Shown piece by piece: positions 30,475 through 40,609 of a stretch of 64,000 nt of DNA. Position 1 is the first letter of the stretch. The number at the start of each line of letters is the position of its first letter. Below the pieces are notes generated by a model that was not told where the DNA came from, did not search any database, and saw only the letters and a program-made list of their open reading frames with translations. The position numbers and the translations under genes are program-made. The stretch is from an uncultured Bacilli bacterium (lineage in GTDB: Bacteria > Bacillota_I > Bacilli_A > RF39 > UBA660), in assembly GCA_910589335.1 (NCBI GenBank), contig CAJUTW010000001.1, positions 7,972-71,971 of the forward strand. Direction: 5' to 3'.

Positions 30475-32274
30475 ATGGAAAAGAAAATTATAAGAAATAT
30501 TAAAATTTTAATTGTGGTTGCTTTAATAGCAGCCTTTGTGTGGTTTATAGTAGTATCTCCAATGATAACATTTCATAAAAATGAGGAAAGTTTAGAAAAT
30601 GCAGCAAAAAGATATTTTGAAATAAATAAAGAACAGTTACCAACAGGAGAGAGAGTTAAGACAATTACTTTAAAAGAATTATATAATGATTCATATTTAA
30701 AAGAAGATTTTTATTCTCCTTATAGTAAGAAAAGTTGTTCTATTACAAATAGTTGGGTAAAGGTTAGAAGAGAAAATAATGAATTTAAATACTATGTATA
30801 TTTAGATTGTGGAATACTTAATTCTAAAATAGATCATGATGGACCAGATATTAAGTTAAATGGAGATAGTAAGATTACTTTGGGTGTTGATGAAGTATAT
30901 AAAGAACTAGGAGTTAAAAGTGTAGTTGATAATAACGATGGAAAACTAGATGTTAAAGATGTAACTATAAAAGGAAAAGTAGATACAAGTAAGATTGGTA
31001 CTTATGAAATAGAATATATAGCTTTTGATAAACTTAGTAATAAAACTGTTGTCACTAGAGAAGTTAGTGTTGTTAAAAAAATTAAAAATGTTGTTAAAAA
31101 AGATTTAGGAAATGTTACTAATTATTCTGGAAATCCAACTAACAATTATATTATGTTATCAAATATGATTTTTAGAATATTTGGATTAGATGATAATGAT
31201 AATGTTATTATAGTAGCTGATCAAGATATTGCTAATGTTAATCATTCTAAGTTAGACAAATGGTTAAATTATTATTATAAGCATTTAAATAGTGATGCTA
31301 AAAAAATGCTTGTTAAAAGTAAATTCTGTAATATGGATATTACTGATAATACTTTAGATACTTTACAATGTAATAGTTATACGAAAGAGAAAAATGTATA
31401 TATTCCTTCTATAGTAGAAGTTAATAAAGCACAAGCAGGAGATACTAATTTTATGAAGACTTTTACAATGTCTTGGGTTTCTAATAAGAAAAGTGATAAG
31501 GAAGCATATGTTACTAGAAAATATTTTGTTGGTGATGCAGCTGGTAAAAGTTTTTTAAGTTACAATATTGATGATAATTATGGGGTAAGACCTATGATGA
31601 TTATGAATGGTAATACTAATATTCTTGGAGGAGATGGTTCGTTTTTAAATCCATATTATTTTGAAGATATTAATATAGGAGCTACTAGTAGTTTAGTTAA
31701 TGAGAGAAAAACTGGTGAGTATATTGAAGATCATGGTACATTATGGAGAATAATTGATACTATGGATGATGGTACTACAAAAGTTATTACAGTAGATACT
31801 TTAGGATATGGTATGGATAGTCCAAAGATTTATACTGAGGCAGAAATTATTAAATATAATCCAAATAATAAAAATAATATAGCTTATTATATCAATAATA
31901 ATTTAAATGATTATGTTGATACAAGTAATTTTGTTAATCATGAAATAGAGGTTCCTATTTATAAAGATAAAATAATTTATGGAAAAGAAATAGAAACAAA
32001 AAAATATAAAGTTAAACTTTCTGCTCCAAATATGTATGAAATGTTTAGTGCACAATCTGCAACTGAAAAATTTGCAAATTCACGTTCATATTGGTTATTA
32101 AATACTTCTAATACTAAAAGAAAAACAGGAGCAATTACTGATATAGGAGTTCCTGTTAATGAAGAAATGCAATTGTATGATACTTATGGATTCCGATTAG
32201 TTGCTTATTTGAAAAAGGATAAAGTTATAGTTAGTGGAGAAGGTACTTATTATTATCCATATATAATAAAATAG
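30475..32274 (+). CDS. Membrane-anchored surface protein, paralog A (homologous over its full length to ORF 54135)
   Basis: N-terminal TM. Shared motifs YF...LPT, C-S/T...YL-CG, LWRI(I/V), (Y/W)WLL, (V/I)RP..(I/Y) and a G(E/D)GT...P(Y/F).I.K C-terminus. Confidence 0.5.
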   Translation: MEKKIIRNIKILIVVALIAAFVWFIVVSPMITFHKNEESLENAAKRYFEINKEQLPTGERVKTITLKELYNDSYLKEDFYSPYSKKSCSITNSWVKVRRENNEFKYYVYLDCGILNSKIDHDGPDIKLNGDSKITLGVDEVYKELGVKSVVDNNDGKLDVKDVTIKGKVDTSKIGTYEIEYIAFDKLSNKTVVTREVSVVKKIKNVVKKDLGNVTNYSGNPTNNYIMLSNMIFRIFGLDDNDNVIIVADQDIANVNHSKLDKWLNYYYKHLNSDAKKMLVKSKFCNMDITDNTLDTLQCNSYTKEKNVYIPSIVEVNKAQAGDTNFMKTFTMSWVSNKKSDKEAYVTRKYFVGDAAGKSFLSYNIDDNYGVRPMMIMNGNTNILGGDGSFLNPYYFEDINIGATSSLVNERKTGEYIEDHGTLWRIIDTMDDGTTKVITVDTLGYGMDSPKIYTEAEIIKYNPNNKNNIAYYINNNLNDYVDTSNFVNHEIEVPIYKDKIIYGKEIETKKYKVKLSAPNMYEMFSAQSATEKFANSRSYWLLNTSNTKRKTGAITDIGVPVNEEMQLYDTYGFRLVAYLKKDKVIVSGEGTYYYPYIIK

Positions 32275-32289
32275 TTAGGAGTAAGTAGT

Positions 32290-33123
32290 ATGGCTAGAAA
32301 GAAAAAGAAAAATAAATATAAAATATTTGTGTGTTTTGTTATTTTTTCTATACTTTTATTTGGTTTTATAGGTCTTCTATTATTTAAAAAATATTTTAAA
32401 GTTGAAGAAAGTATTTTTGAAATTGAATCAAGAAGTAGTAATGTAGTAGAAAATAAGAAAAAAGATAATGATGAATATGAGACGATAGGATGGTTGAGGG
32501 TACAAGGTACAAATATAGATTGTCCTATAATAACTGGAAAAACTGAATTATATAAATATCCTGTTGAGCTTGAGAATTATGGTTGGATGACAAATAAGGA
32601 TAGAAAAAATTATAATGTCATGAATATATTTGGTCATAATATTTTCAATTTAGGACCTTCTCCTAAAAAAAGTTCAAATAATTTTAAACGGTTTGAAGAG
32701 TTAATGAATTTTATTTATCATGATTTTGCACAAGAAAATAAATATATACAATTTACAATTAATGGAAAAGATTATGTTTATAAAATATTTTCAGTAAGTA
32801 TTATTTATGCTTCTGATGTTGATATGTTTCCTGAAGGAGAATATAGTAAGCAAGAGAAAAAAGATTATATTAAATTACTTAGAGATAATAGTATTTATGA
32901 TTATGATGTTGATGTATTAGAAGAAGATGATTTAATTTCTATTGTAACTTGTACTAGATTTTTAGGAACTGATGCATATAGAGATATTCTTGTTAGTGGT
33001 AGACTTGTGAGAGATGATGAAAAAATCTATAATAATTATTCTGTTGATAAAAATAATAATTATAAAAAAATAGATAAAGTTTTGAAAGGTGATGATAATA
33101 ATGAAGAAATTGGTTCTGCCTAA
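32290..33123 (+). CDS. srtB: Class B sortase
   Basis: Aligns with S. aureus SrtB: IGWLRVQGTNIDCPIITGKT, active His (IFGHNIF), catalytic Cys LISIVTCT and conserved Arg RDILVSGRLV. N-terminal membrane anchor. Confidence 0.8.
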   Translation: MARKKKKNKYKIFVCFVIFSILLFGFIGLLLFKKYFKVEESIFEIESRSSNVVENKKKDNDEYETIGWLRVQGTNIDCPIITGKTELYKYPVELENYGWMTNKDRKNYNVMNIFGHNIFNLGPSPKKSSNNFKRFEELMNFIYHDFAQENKYIQFTINGKDYVYKIFSVSIIYASDVDMFPEGEYSKQEKKDYIKLLRDNSIYDYDVDVLEEDDLISIVTCTRFLGTDAYRDILVSGRLVRDDEKIYNNYSVDKNNNYKKIDKVLKGDDNNEEIGSA

Positions 33124-35941
33124 AAGAATAATAGGGGTTTTTATTTTAATATGTATTTCTTTAGTTCCTTTCTTTAGTGTTGATGCTAAAGATAAAAGTA
33201 AATGTGAAGAAGTTCTTAGTGAAGATGCTGTAAAAAGATATGGCCTTCAATTTGAACCAAAAAATAAAAAAGAAAAGAAGTTTGTCATATCAATGGATCC
33301 TCAGACTGATAATAAAACGCTTCTTAGCAAATTAAAAAAAATAAAATTTAAGGTTATTAAAATAAATGGCTTTGAACAAAATCTCCCAACAGGAACTCTT
33401 AATTATAAAAATGATTTGGTTATGAATGCAGTTTGGCAAACAGTTGGAGACGAAAAGATAATGTCTGTTACATTAGAGTCAACTGTGGCGGATGTAGATG
33501 GTGATTTTTGTAAAGGAAAAGGAGTTATTCGTTTTACTTTAACATATATAAAGGGTGGTGATCCTCAAGAGCACAATGTATATATTGATACAAGTGATCT
33601 TGATAATGATAAAATAGATACAACAAATCCAATAGATTGTAACTCTAGTCCTAAAAGTGATTTAGATCGATTATTTTGCAATGCCAAAAAAAAGGTTTTA
33701 GAAAAACAACCAAGAGCAAAAAATAAAAAAAATTCAATTCATTTTAGTTTTGATGGAAAATATTATTCTGGTTATAATGATGATAAAGAAGTTAAATATG
33801 AATTAAAATGGGATAAATTTGATTTAGAAGAAAAAGATACTCCTACTTTTAAATGTGATTATAAAAGTGCTTATTCGTTAGATGAATTACAAGGAGATAA
33901 TTATTATAAAGAAGAAAACAAAAGTTATTTATATGGTTCTGGAAGTTATGAAATTCCTTTCAAATATAATTATCATTATTCTCCTGGTAGTGATCCTGAA
34001 ACACATAGTACATCATGTAAGGTTAAATGTGAAGAGGCTGTTACCATTGAATATGGACCTCCAGTAGCTTCTAAGGCTGGATTATGTTTTGAATATAAAG
34101 TAAAGGTTACAAGTGTAGTTAATTGTAGTATGACTAAACCACCTGAACCTCCAAAAACAGATTTTAGTTATTGTGATCCTGCTCCTATTTGTACTACAAG
34201 CAGTGGTTTTGTAAGTAATCAAGGTGGTCCAAATGAAGAGTTTGATAGTTGTATAAAAAATTGTGATGGTGGAAAATATACAGATAAATGTAATAATAAA
34301 TGCTATGAAGAAGTTTATAATAATTCTTTAGAAAAAGTAATGTTTAATTCATTGCAAATAGGTGCAATTGAAAAAATGGCAAACAGTAAATCAAAAATTA
34401 CAAAAAATAGAAAAAAAATTACTAAAAAGAATAATTTAAATAGACTTATTCAACATGATGAAAGTTACTTTTCAATGAATAATTGTAAAGCGATAAATAA
34501 TGGTGGATGTTATGCTAAAAATTCTGATGGTTCTATAAGATGGGAAGGAGGACCAACATTCGCTGGACGTTGGTATGATAATAACCCTCATAAAGATTAT
34601 AGTGAATATGTTAAAGACGGCTTTGGTTTTTGGCGACATCTATATAGAAACAAAAATGAAAAAGGAGAAATTATTGAAACTATTTGTACTGATAATTGTA
34701 AATGGGTTGGATGTGATAATGCTAAGTATTTAAATCCAAAATTTGCAGAACAAGATTATATAAATAACAAAAAGATTTATGATCAAGCTAAAAAGTTATG
34801 TAAAGCAGCAGCTAGTTGTTCAACAACAACAGCAACATTTACTATCTCTGTAGATTATAAACACAATGTAAAAAATGGAAATGGTTTTGAAACAAAATCT
34901 GAAACTATTGATTTCCCTTATGAAAATAAAAAAGATAAATTAAACAGTAATGGTACTAATACAGTGTGTAAGTCAGGAGATGCTCTTTGTAGATCAACTT
35001 TATTAGACAATGATGGATGCTATAAAGATAAAGAAAATGAAAGATGGTACAGAGCTGAATGGAGTTTCCCTGGAACATGGATTGAAAATAAAACTGGTAA
35101 TATAACTTATGTTCCAAAAACAGGTACAGATTGGCAAAATATGAAACAAAAATTTTGTATTCCATTAGATGCATTGGATGTTAACCAAAAATGGTGGAGA
35201 TATTATTACAATAAAAAATTAGCTACACCTAATTCTACAACAGATCCATCATATAAGAATGAATGTGGAAATAACTCTAATTCAATTACTAATCCTGCAA
35301 ATGTTACAAAAGAGGATATTACATGGAATATTCATGCTAAAACTAGAAAATTTGGTTTTTATGCATGGAATATTAATATAGATTGTTTCTATGCTTTAAA
35401 TAGTAATCCTGCAAATGTTTCTACTAGTGATGATAAATCTAAGCAAGATAAATGTATTATTAATGATCAAAAGGGTTCAAATGATTATAAAATAAGACCA
35501 GTAGATTTAACTAATCTATTCCCTGCTACTGATGGTGGAGATAGTAATTTAACTGATCCTAAGAGTACTGGAAGAACACCAGGATTTAACTGGTCACAGT
35601 ATGCTAATACAGGAAATAAAAATTTAAGTTATGCAAGTAAACCTAGTGAATATGTAGAAACTGTTCAAAGATTAGGATATAAAGTTTATAATGATGAAAA
35701 TTTGGATTATCAATTCATTTTAACTAGAGATATATTAAATGATATGAAGACTACAACTAAAGTTAATGGAAAAAATTATACTGAATTTAATGGTAAGACT
35801 GAAGTAAAAAATGGAGTTGTTCATTATATAAGTAGTGCTATTAGAAGTGGTAGTGAATTAAGTAAGGCCAAGAAAAAAATACCAGATAGTGGTAATATAT
35901 TCTGTAATAATATGAAAAATTATAGTCAGGGCTGTAGATAG
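33101..35941 (+). CDS. Large (947 aa) secreted cysteine-rich protein of unknown function
   Basis: Signal peptide MKKLVLPKRIIGVFILICISLVPFFSVDA. Many paired Cys. No C-terminal sorting signal. Confidence 0.5.
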   Translation: MKKLVLPKRIIGVFILICISLVPFFSVDAKDKSKCEEVLSEDAVKRYGLQFEPKNKKEKKFVISMDPQTDNKTLLSKLKKIKFKVIKINGFEQNLPTGTLNYKNDLVMNAVWQTVGDEKIMSVTLESTVADVDGDFCKGKGVIRFTLTYIKGGDPQEHNVYIDTSDLDNDKIDTTNPIDCNSSPKSDLDRLFCNAKKKVLEKQPRAKNKKNSIHFSFDGKYYSGYNDDKEVKYELKWDKFDLEEKDTPTFKCDYKSAYSLDELQGDNYYKEENKSYLYGSGSYEIPFKYNYHYSPGSDPETHSTSCKVKCEEAVTIEYGPPVASKAGLCFEYKVKVTSVVNCSMTKPPEPPKTDFSYCDPAPICTTSSGFVSNQGGPNEEFDSCIKNCDGGKYTDKCNNKCYEEVYNNSLEKVMFNSLQIGAIEKMANSKSKITKNRKKITKKNNLNRLIQHDESYFSMNNCKAINNGGCYAKNSDGSIRWEGGPTFAGRWYDNNPHKDYSEYVKDGFGFWRHLYRNKNEKGEIIETICTDNCKWVGCDNAKYLNPKFAEQDYINNKKIYDQAKKLCKAAASCSTTTATFTISVDYKHNVKNGNGFETKSETIDFPYENKKDKLNSNGTNTVCKSGDALCRSTLLDNDGCYKDKENERWYRAEWSFPGTWIENKTGNITYVPKTGTDWQNMKQKFCIPLDALDVNQKWWRYYYNKKLATPNSTTDPSYKNECGNNSNSITNPANVTKEDITWNIHAKTRKFGFYAWNINIDCFYALNSNPANVSTSDDKSKQDKCIINDQKGSNDYKIRPVDLTNLFPATDGGDSNLTDPKSTGRTPGFNWSQYANTGNKNLSYASKPSEYVETVQRLGYKVYNDENLDYQFILTRDILNDMKTTTKVNGKNYTEFNGKTEVKNGVVHYISSAIRSGSELSKAKKKIPDSGNIFCNNMKNYSQGCR

Positions 35942-35962
35942 GTAAGGGAGTGATAGGTAGAT

Positions 35963-36463
35963 ATGAATAAGGCGATGTTAACAGTTGGAATAATTTTACT
36001 AAGTTTAATATCTTTACTTTTATTAAATGTATTAAGTAATTATTCGACTGGTGGAGAATTAGACTATTACTTAGTTAAAGAGACAACAGATGCAGCAATG
36101 GTTGATGCTATTGATAAAACTTATTTAAGAACATGTGGGCTATATCGTATTGATAAAGAAAAGTTCGTTGAGAGCTTTCTTTATCGATTCGCTGATAGTG
36201 TAGACACAACAAGAGATTATAAAATTGGATTTTATGATATTAATGAAGTACCGCCTAAAGTAAGTGTTAAGGTTGATTCATTAACTGTTCTAAGTTTTAA
36301 AGCAAAAAAAACTGATGCTGAAGGTAATGTAAGTGAAGATACAAGTGCTGCTACAATAACAACAAACTACGATGCAATATTAGAAGAAAAATATATTTCT
36401 GATCCTGCTGTCGAAGAGGGGCTTACAAGTAATAATTCTTACTTGTGTAAGCCACTAAGTTAG
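35963..36463 (+). CDS. Hypothetical N-terminally anchored protein, possibly a pseudopilin-like (TadE/TadG-like) protein
   Basis: N-terminal TM followed by N-Y-S/T, as in the two TadE-like ORFs (LVVNYTKA, FNVNYTKA versus NVLSNYSTG). Confidence 0.3.
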   Translation: MNKAMLTVGIILLSLISLLLLNVLSNYSTGGELDYYLVKETTDAAMVDAIDKTYLRTCGLYRIDKEKFVESFLYRFADSVDTTRDYKIGFYDINEVPPKVSVKVDSLTVLSFKAKKTDAEGNVSEDTSAATITTNYDAILEEKYISDPAVEEGLTSNNSYLCKPLS

Positions 36464-36478
36464 AAAGAGAGGAATAAA

Positions 36479-37288
36479 ATGGGTAATTTAACTACAGGTT
36501 TAAAAAAATTTATGCAAAATAAAAATACTGTAACAGTAGTTGGTGTAATATTAGCTATTATAGTTTTATATGTTGCATATACATGGAGGATTAATAAAGC
36601 TGTTAATCCTCAAGTAGTTCCTTATGCTGCAGAACAAATTAATGCAGGAACACAAATTACAGAAAGTATGATTGCTACTAGAGAAGTTCCACCATCAATG
36701 ATTTCTGGAGATGTTTTAATAAATAAAGGAGATATAATCGATAAATATGCTGCTGCTGATACTGTAATTCCAGAAGGAAGTTTATTTTACAGAAGATCAG
36801 TAGTAGAAAAAGAACAGTTACCAGCAAATATAATTTTGGATTATCCAAAGGGGCATGTTCTTTATAATCTTTCAGTTAGTACAGAAAGTACTTACGGAAA
36901 TTCTGTTTATCCAGGAAATTATATAGATATTTATTTAAAAGCAGTTAATAAAATAGATGAATCAAACCCTGCAGCTTTAACAGCAGATGCTGATAAAATT
37001 ATGTTAGGTAAACTTATGTCTAATATTAAAGTTTTAGCAGTAAAAGATTCAGATGGAAATCCGGTTTTCCAAAATATTGATGAAAATAGAAAACCAGCAA
37101 TGATAGTGTTTGCGGTTCCAGAAGAATATTATATTTTACTTAAAAAAGCAGAATATATGAGAACTTATGATACTTCATTAAATATAGTTCCTACTAATGA
37201 AAGTTTAAAAGATGAACCAGCTGATTTGGAAATTAGTAGTGATCAGTTAAAAGAATGGATTAATTTACATACAGTAATGGATCAATAA
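36479..37288 (+). CDS. cpaB: Flp/Tad pilus assembly protein CpaB/RcpC (SAF domain)
   Basis: N-terminal TM plus a SAF-like segment (ITESMIATREVPPSMISGDVLINKGDI). Confidence 0.65.
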   Translation: MGNLTTGLKKFMQNKNTVTVVGVILAIIVLYVAYTWRINKAVNPQVVPYAAEQINAGTQITESMIATREVPPSMISGDVLINKGDIIDKYAAADTVIPEGSLFYRRSVVEKEQLPANIILDYPKGHVLYNLSVSTESTYGNSVYPGNYIDIYLKAVNKIDESNPAALTADADKIMLGKLMSNIKVLAVKDSDGNPVFQNIDENRKPAMIVFAVPEEYYILLKKAEYMRTYDTSLNIVPTNESLKDEPADLEISSDQLKEWINLHTVMDQ

Positions 37289-37325
37289 AAAAAGAATAAA
37301 GAATAAAAATAAGGGTGTGAGTTAG

Positions 37326-38819
37326 ATGAATGGTAGTATTTTTGATAAATTAGATTTTGGACCTTTTCGTTCACTTTTGGATAATGATGATATTACAGAT
37401 ATATCCTATGATAATAATGGACAAATATGGATACGTTCACTAACTCAAGGATCTTTAAGAGTTGAGGTAGAAGGAGCTACTCCAGATTTTGTAGAAAAGT
37501 TAGCATTTCAATGTTCAAATGTTATGGGAACAACATTTAATAATGCTAAACCATTTCTAGATGCAGAAAGTGCTGAGTTACGTATGAACTTTGTACATGA
37601 GTCAATAGCTACAAATGGAATAGCCCTTGTAATTCGTAAAACTCCGGCCAAGATAAGACTTGAAAAAGAAAAGCTAATTGAAGAGGATTATTTTACACCA
37701 GCAATTCATGATTTTTTAATAAAGTGTGTTGAAGGGCATTGTAATATAATGGTTGCTGGTGAAACTGGTTCTGGTAAGACTGAGTTTGTTAAATATTTAG
37801 CTAGTCATACTAAGACTAACGAAAAAATTATTACTATAGAAGATACTTTGGAACTTCATTTAGATAAGATATTTCCTCAAAGAGATATTGTTGCTATGAA
37901 AACTAATAATGTAGCAAGTTATTCTGATGTTTTAGTTACTTGTATGCGTCAGAATCCTAAATGGATATTATTATCCGAAGTTCGTAGTGCTGAGGCGGTA
38001 TCTGCGGTACGTAACTCAATTTCTTCAGGACATAATATTTTATCTACAATTCATGCCGATAAAGCATCAGCTATTCCATATCGTTTATATTCTTTAATGG
38101 AAACTGATTTGGATGTTCATCAATTTCTTACAACAATTTATAGATATATTCAATTAGGAGTTCATATTAAAGCTTTCTACAGTAAAGAATATGGAAAGTT
38201 TCATCGTGAACTTGATGAAGTATCTGAATTTTATGTTGATGATAATAATGAACCTAAATCAAGAATTATTTATCAAAAGATTTTTGGAAAACCAATTATG
38301 TGTCGACCTAGTGATCATTTAATTGAATATCTTGAAAATCAGAATATAGATGTAAGTGAAATTATAAAAGATTTACCAAAGGATTTACCACTTGTTAAAG
38401 CTGAAGATGAGAATATTACTTCTGATAATAATAATGAGGATGGAGATTCTTCATCTAATTTAGTAGATGATAATAAAGCTGATAATACTAATGATGTTAT
38501 TCCTGATGCTGCTTCTAATCCTATTGTAGCTGATAATTCTTCAAATCAGTCAAATGAGGTAGTTGCTAATAATCAAAATACTGTTTCAACTGATACTCAA
38601 GTAGTTGAACAACCTGTAATTCAGGCAGTAGCACAACCAGAGGTGGTAGAAGTAGTTAATGAACAAAAGAGTATTCCACCTATGCAAGAGGGAACAAATA
38701 ACGTTCAGTTATCATCTATTCCAATTGTTCAATCAGTTATTCCGCAACAAGTAGTTGAACAGCCAATTAATCCAGTTTTAAATAATCAAATTTCAACAAT
38801 AGCAAAATTAGATGAATAG
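37326..38819 (+). CDS. tadA: Tad/Flp pilus ATPase CpaF/TadA (secretion NTPase superfamily) with a 130-aa low-complexity C-terminal extension
   Basis: Walker A GETGSGKT, Walker B/Asp box RQNPKWILLSEVR, His box GHNILSTIHA. Confidence 0.8.
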   Translation: MNGSIFDKLDFGPFRSLLDNDDITDISYDNNGQIWIRSLTQGSLRVEVEGATPDFVEKLAFQCSNVMGTTFNNAKPFLDAESAELRMNFVHESIATNGIALVIRKTPAKIRLEKEKLIEEDYFTPAIHDFLIKCVEGHCNIMVAGETGSGKTEFVKYLASHTKTNEKIITIEDTLELHLDKIFPQRDIVAMKTNNVASYSDVLVTCMRQNPKWILLSEVRSAEAVSAVRNSISSGHNILSTIHADKASAIPYRLYSLMETDLDVHQFLTTIYRYIQLGVHIKAFYSKEYGKFHRELDEVSEFYVDDNNEPKSRIIYQKIFGKPIMCRPSDHLIEYLENQNIDVSEIIKDLPKDLPLVKAEDENITSDNNNEDGDSSSNLVDDNKADNTNDVIPDAASNPIVADNSSNQSNEVVANNQNTVSTDTQVVEQPVIQAVAQPEVVEVVNEQKSIPPMQEGTNNVQLSSIPIVQSVIPQQVVEQPINPVLNNQISTIAKLDE

Positions 38820-38831
38820 GGAGGTGTTAAG

Positions 38832-39734
38832 ATGTATTTTACTGAATTATTAATAATAATAATTGTTGTAGTAGGTATATTTTTATACAGAAATTATAAA
38901 GGAGAAAATGTTGGAAAATATGTAATTAATCAAGTACAAACTGTTTATGATAAATTTGCTCCTTATTCATTTAAAGTTGTTAGAGAAAAAACTAAGCAGT
39001 TAGGACAGGAATATACTCCTAGACAATATGCCATTCAAATATCTTTGTTTGCTGGATTTGCAGCAGTTGTTACATATTTATATTTTTATAATTTAATAAT
39101 AAGTTTAATTTATGCAATTGCCGCTGTTTCTTTTGTTCCATACCTTACATATTTAAGATGTAAAAAAGTATATTCTGAATTTATATTCGAGCAAGTACAA
39201 GTTTATACTTCAAATACAATAATGGAATTTGCAACTACTCAATCTTTTGTTAAAGCATTAGAAGGTGTTAGAGATTCTGGTGTTTTAGAAGATCCAGTGT
39301 TAAGTGATGTTAATCAAATGATAAATATGAGTTATGATAATGGTACGATAGATGAAGCTTTAGAATATATGAGTAGATTATATCCTTATTATATAGTTAA
39401 GAATATGCATCAATTATTTTTACAGATTACTAAAGAAGGTGCACAAAATTCTGCTGATTCCCTAGAAAATATGCAATTAGATATTGATATGCTAGTAGAG
39501 AGTGTTTATCGTGATAGAATCGAGAGAGCTTCATTTCATAAGTCTTTTTTACAATTTGGTATTATGCTTTATTTAATGGTAATGCTTGTGCAATATTTGT
39601 TAGGTAGAGAAACTTATTTAGTTTTATTAGAGCGATGGTATATTCAAATTTTAATGCATGGTGTTTTAATTGTTAATACATATTTTCTCTTAAAAGGGGA
39701 AAAATACTATAATGAGAATGTAGGTGCTGAGTAA
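38832..39734 (+). CDS. tadB: TadB-like platform protein (T2SSF/GspF domain)
   Basis: TM - helical cytoplasmic domain - TM topology, directly after the ATPase gene. Confidence 0.65.
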   Translation: MYFTELLIIIIVVVGIFLYRNYKGENVGKYVINQVQTVYDKFAPYSFKVVREKTKQLGQEYTPRQYAIQISLFAGFAAVVTYLYFYNLIISLIYAIAAVSFVPYLTYLRCKKVYSEFIFEQVQVYTSNTIMEFATTQSFVKALEGVRDSGVLEDPVLSDVNQMINMSYDNGTIDEALEYMSRLYPYYIVKNMHQLFLQITKEGAQNSADSLENMQLDIDMLVESVYRDRIERASFHKSFLQFGIMLYLMVMLVQYLLGRETYLVLLERWYIQILMHGVLIVNTYFLLKGEKYYNENVGAE

Positions 39735-40537
39735 TGGAGATATTAGTAGTAGGTGCAGTTATAATGTTTATCTTAATTTATAATAATACTATAGATAAAG
39801 ATAAATTTTTTGCTGATAATCAAAAATACTTAGAGGCCTTTAAAGAAGATGACTATCAGTTTTTAGTATATGCTAAATATGGTGAAGATGTGGATATAGA
39901 TCAATTATATTCTAAACGAGTAACCAATGCCTTTATTGTATTTCTTGTAATATTAGCGCTTACAATTACTGGTGGTGATTCGGCGGAAATAATTAATTCT
40001 CAATTTTTTCTTAATTTAGTTTTATCTACCGTAATTGCTGTTTTAGTTTTTAAAATGCCTTATATGGAATTAAAAAGATATTATAAGTTACATCTTCATG
40101 AAATAGATGTAATGTTACCATACTATCTAAAAAGTTTAGAGATTTTAATTCAACATTATACTGTTCCAGTTGCAATTGGTAAATCAATAGGAGATGCTCC
40201 TGATATATTTAGACCTGGACTTAGAAGAATGATTGATAGGATAAATTCTGGAGATGCTTCAGTTGATCCATATATGGAATTTGCTAATACATATCCTGTT
40301 AGGGATTCTATGCGTATGATGAGACTTTTGTATCGTTTAGGAATAGGGTCACAAGAGAAAAAACAAGAAAGATTGATGATGTTTTCTAAGACAGTATCAA
40401 GCTTACAGAATAAGGCAAGAGAAACTAAATATAAGGAAAGACTTTCACATATGGAAAGTCAAACAATGGTTATGCTTGTTGTAACTGGTATTGGAGTTAT
40501 GCTTGTAATTTTAATTTCAATGATGATGATGTTTTAA
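39734..40537 (+). CDS. tadC: TadC-like platform protein (T2SSF/GspF domain)
   Basis: Same TM - cytoplasmic domain - TM topology, paired with the TadB-like gene. Start overlaps the upstream stop. Confidence 0.65.
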   Translation: MEILVVGAVIMFILIYNNTIDKDKFFADNQKYLEAFKEDDYQFLVYAKYGEDVDIDQLYSKRVTNAFIVFLVILALTITGGDSAEIINSQFFLNLVLSTVIAVLVFKMPYMELKRYYKLHLHEIDVMLPYYLKSLEILIQHYTVPVAIGKSIGDAPDIFRPGLRRMIDRINSGDASVDPYMEFANTYPVRDSMRMMRLLYRLGIGSQEKKQERLMMFSKTVSSLQNKARETKYKERLSHMESQTMVMLVVTGIGVMLVILISMMMMF

Positions 40538-40547
40538 TTAAAATATG

Positions 40548-40576
40548 TTGTTAAAAATAATTAGATTTGTTATAAT
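40548..40576 (+). promoter_or_regulatory. Strong sigma-A-type promoter (TTGTTA-N17-TGtTATAAT) for the small pilin-like ORF
   Basis: Consensus extended -10, 33 nt upstream of ATG 40610. Confidence 0.55.
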
Positions 40577-40609
40577 TAATTTGTAAAAATAAGAAAGGAT
40601 GGGATAATA

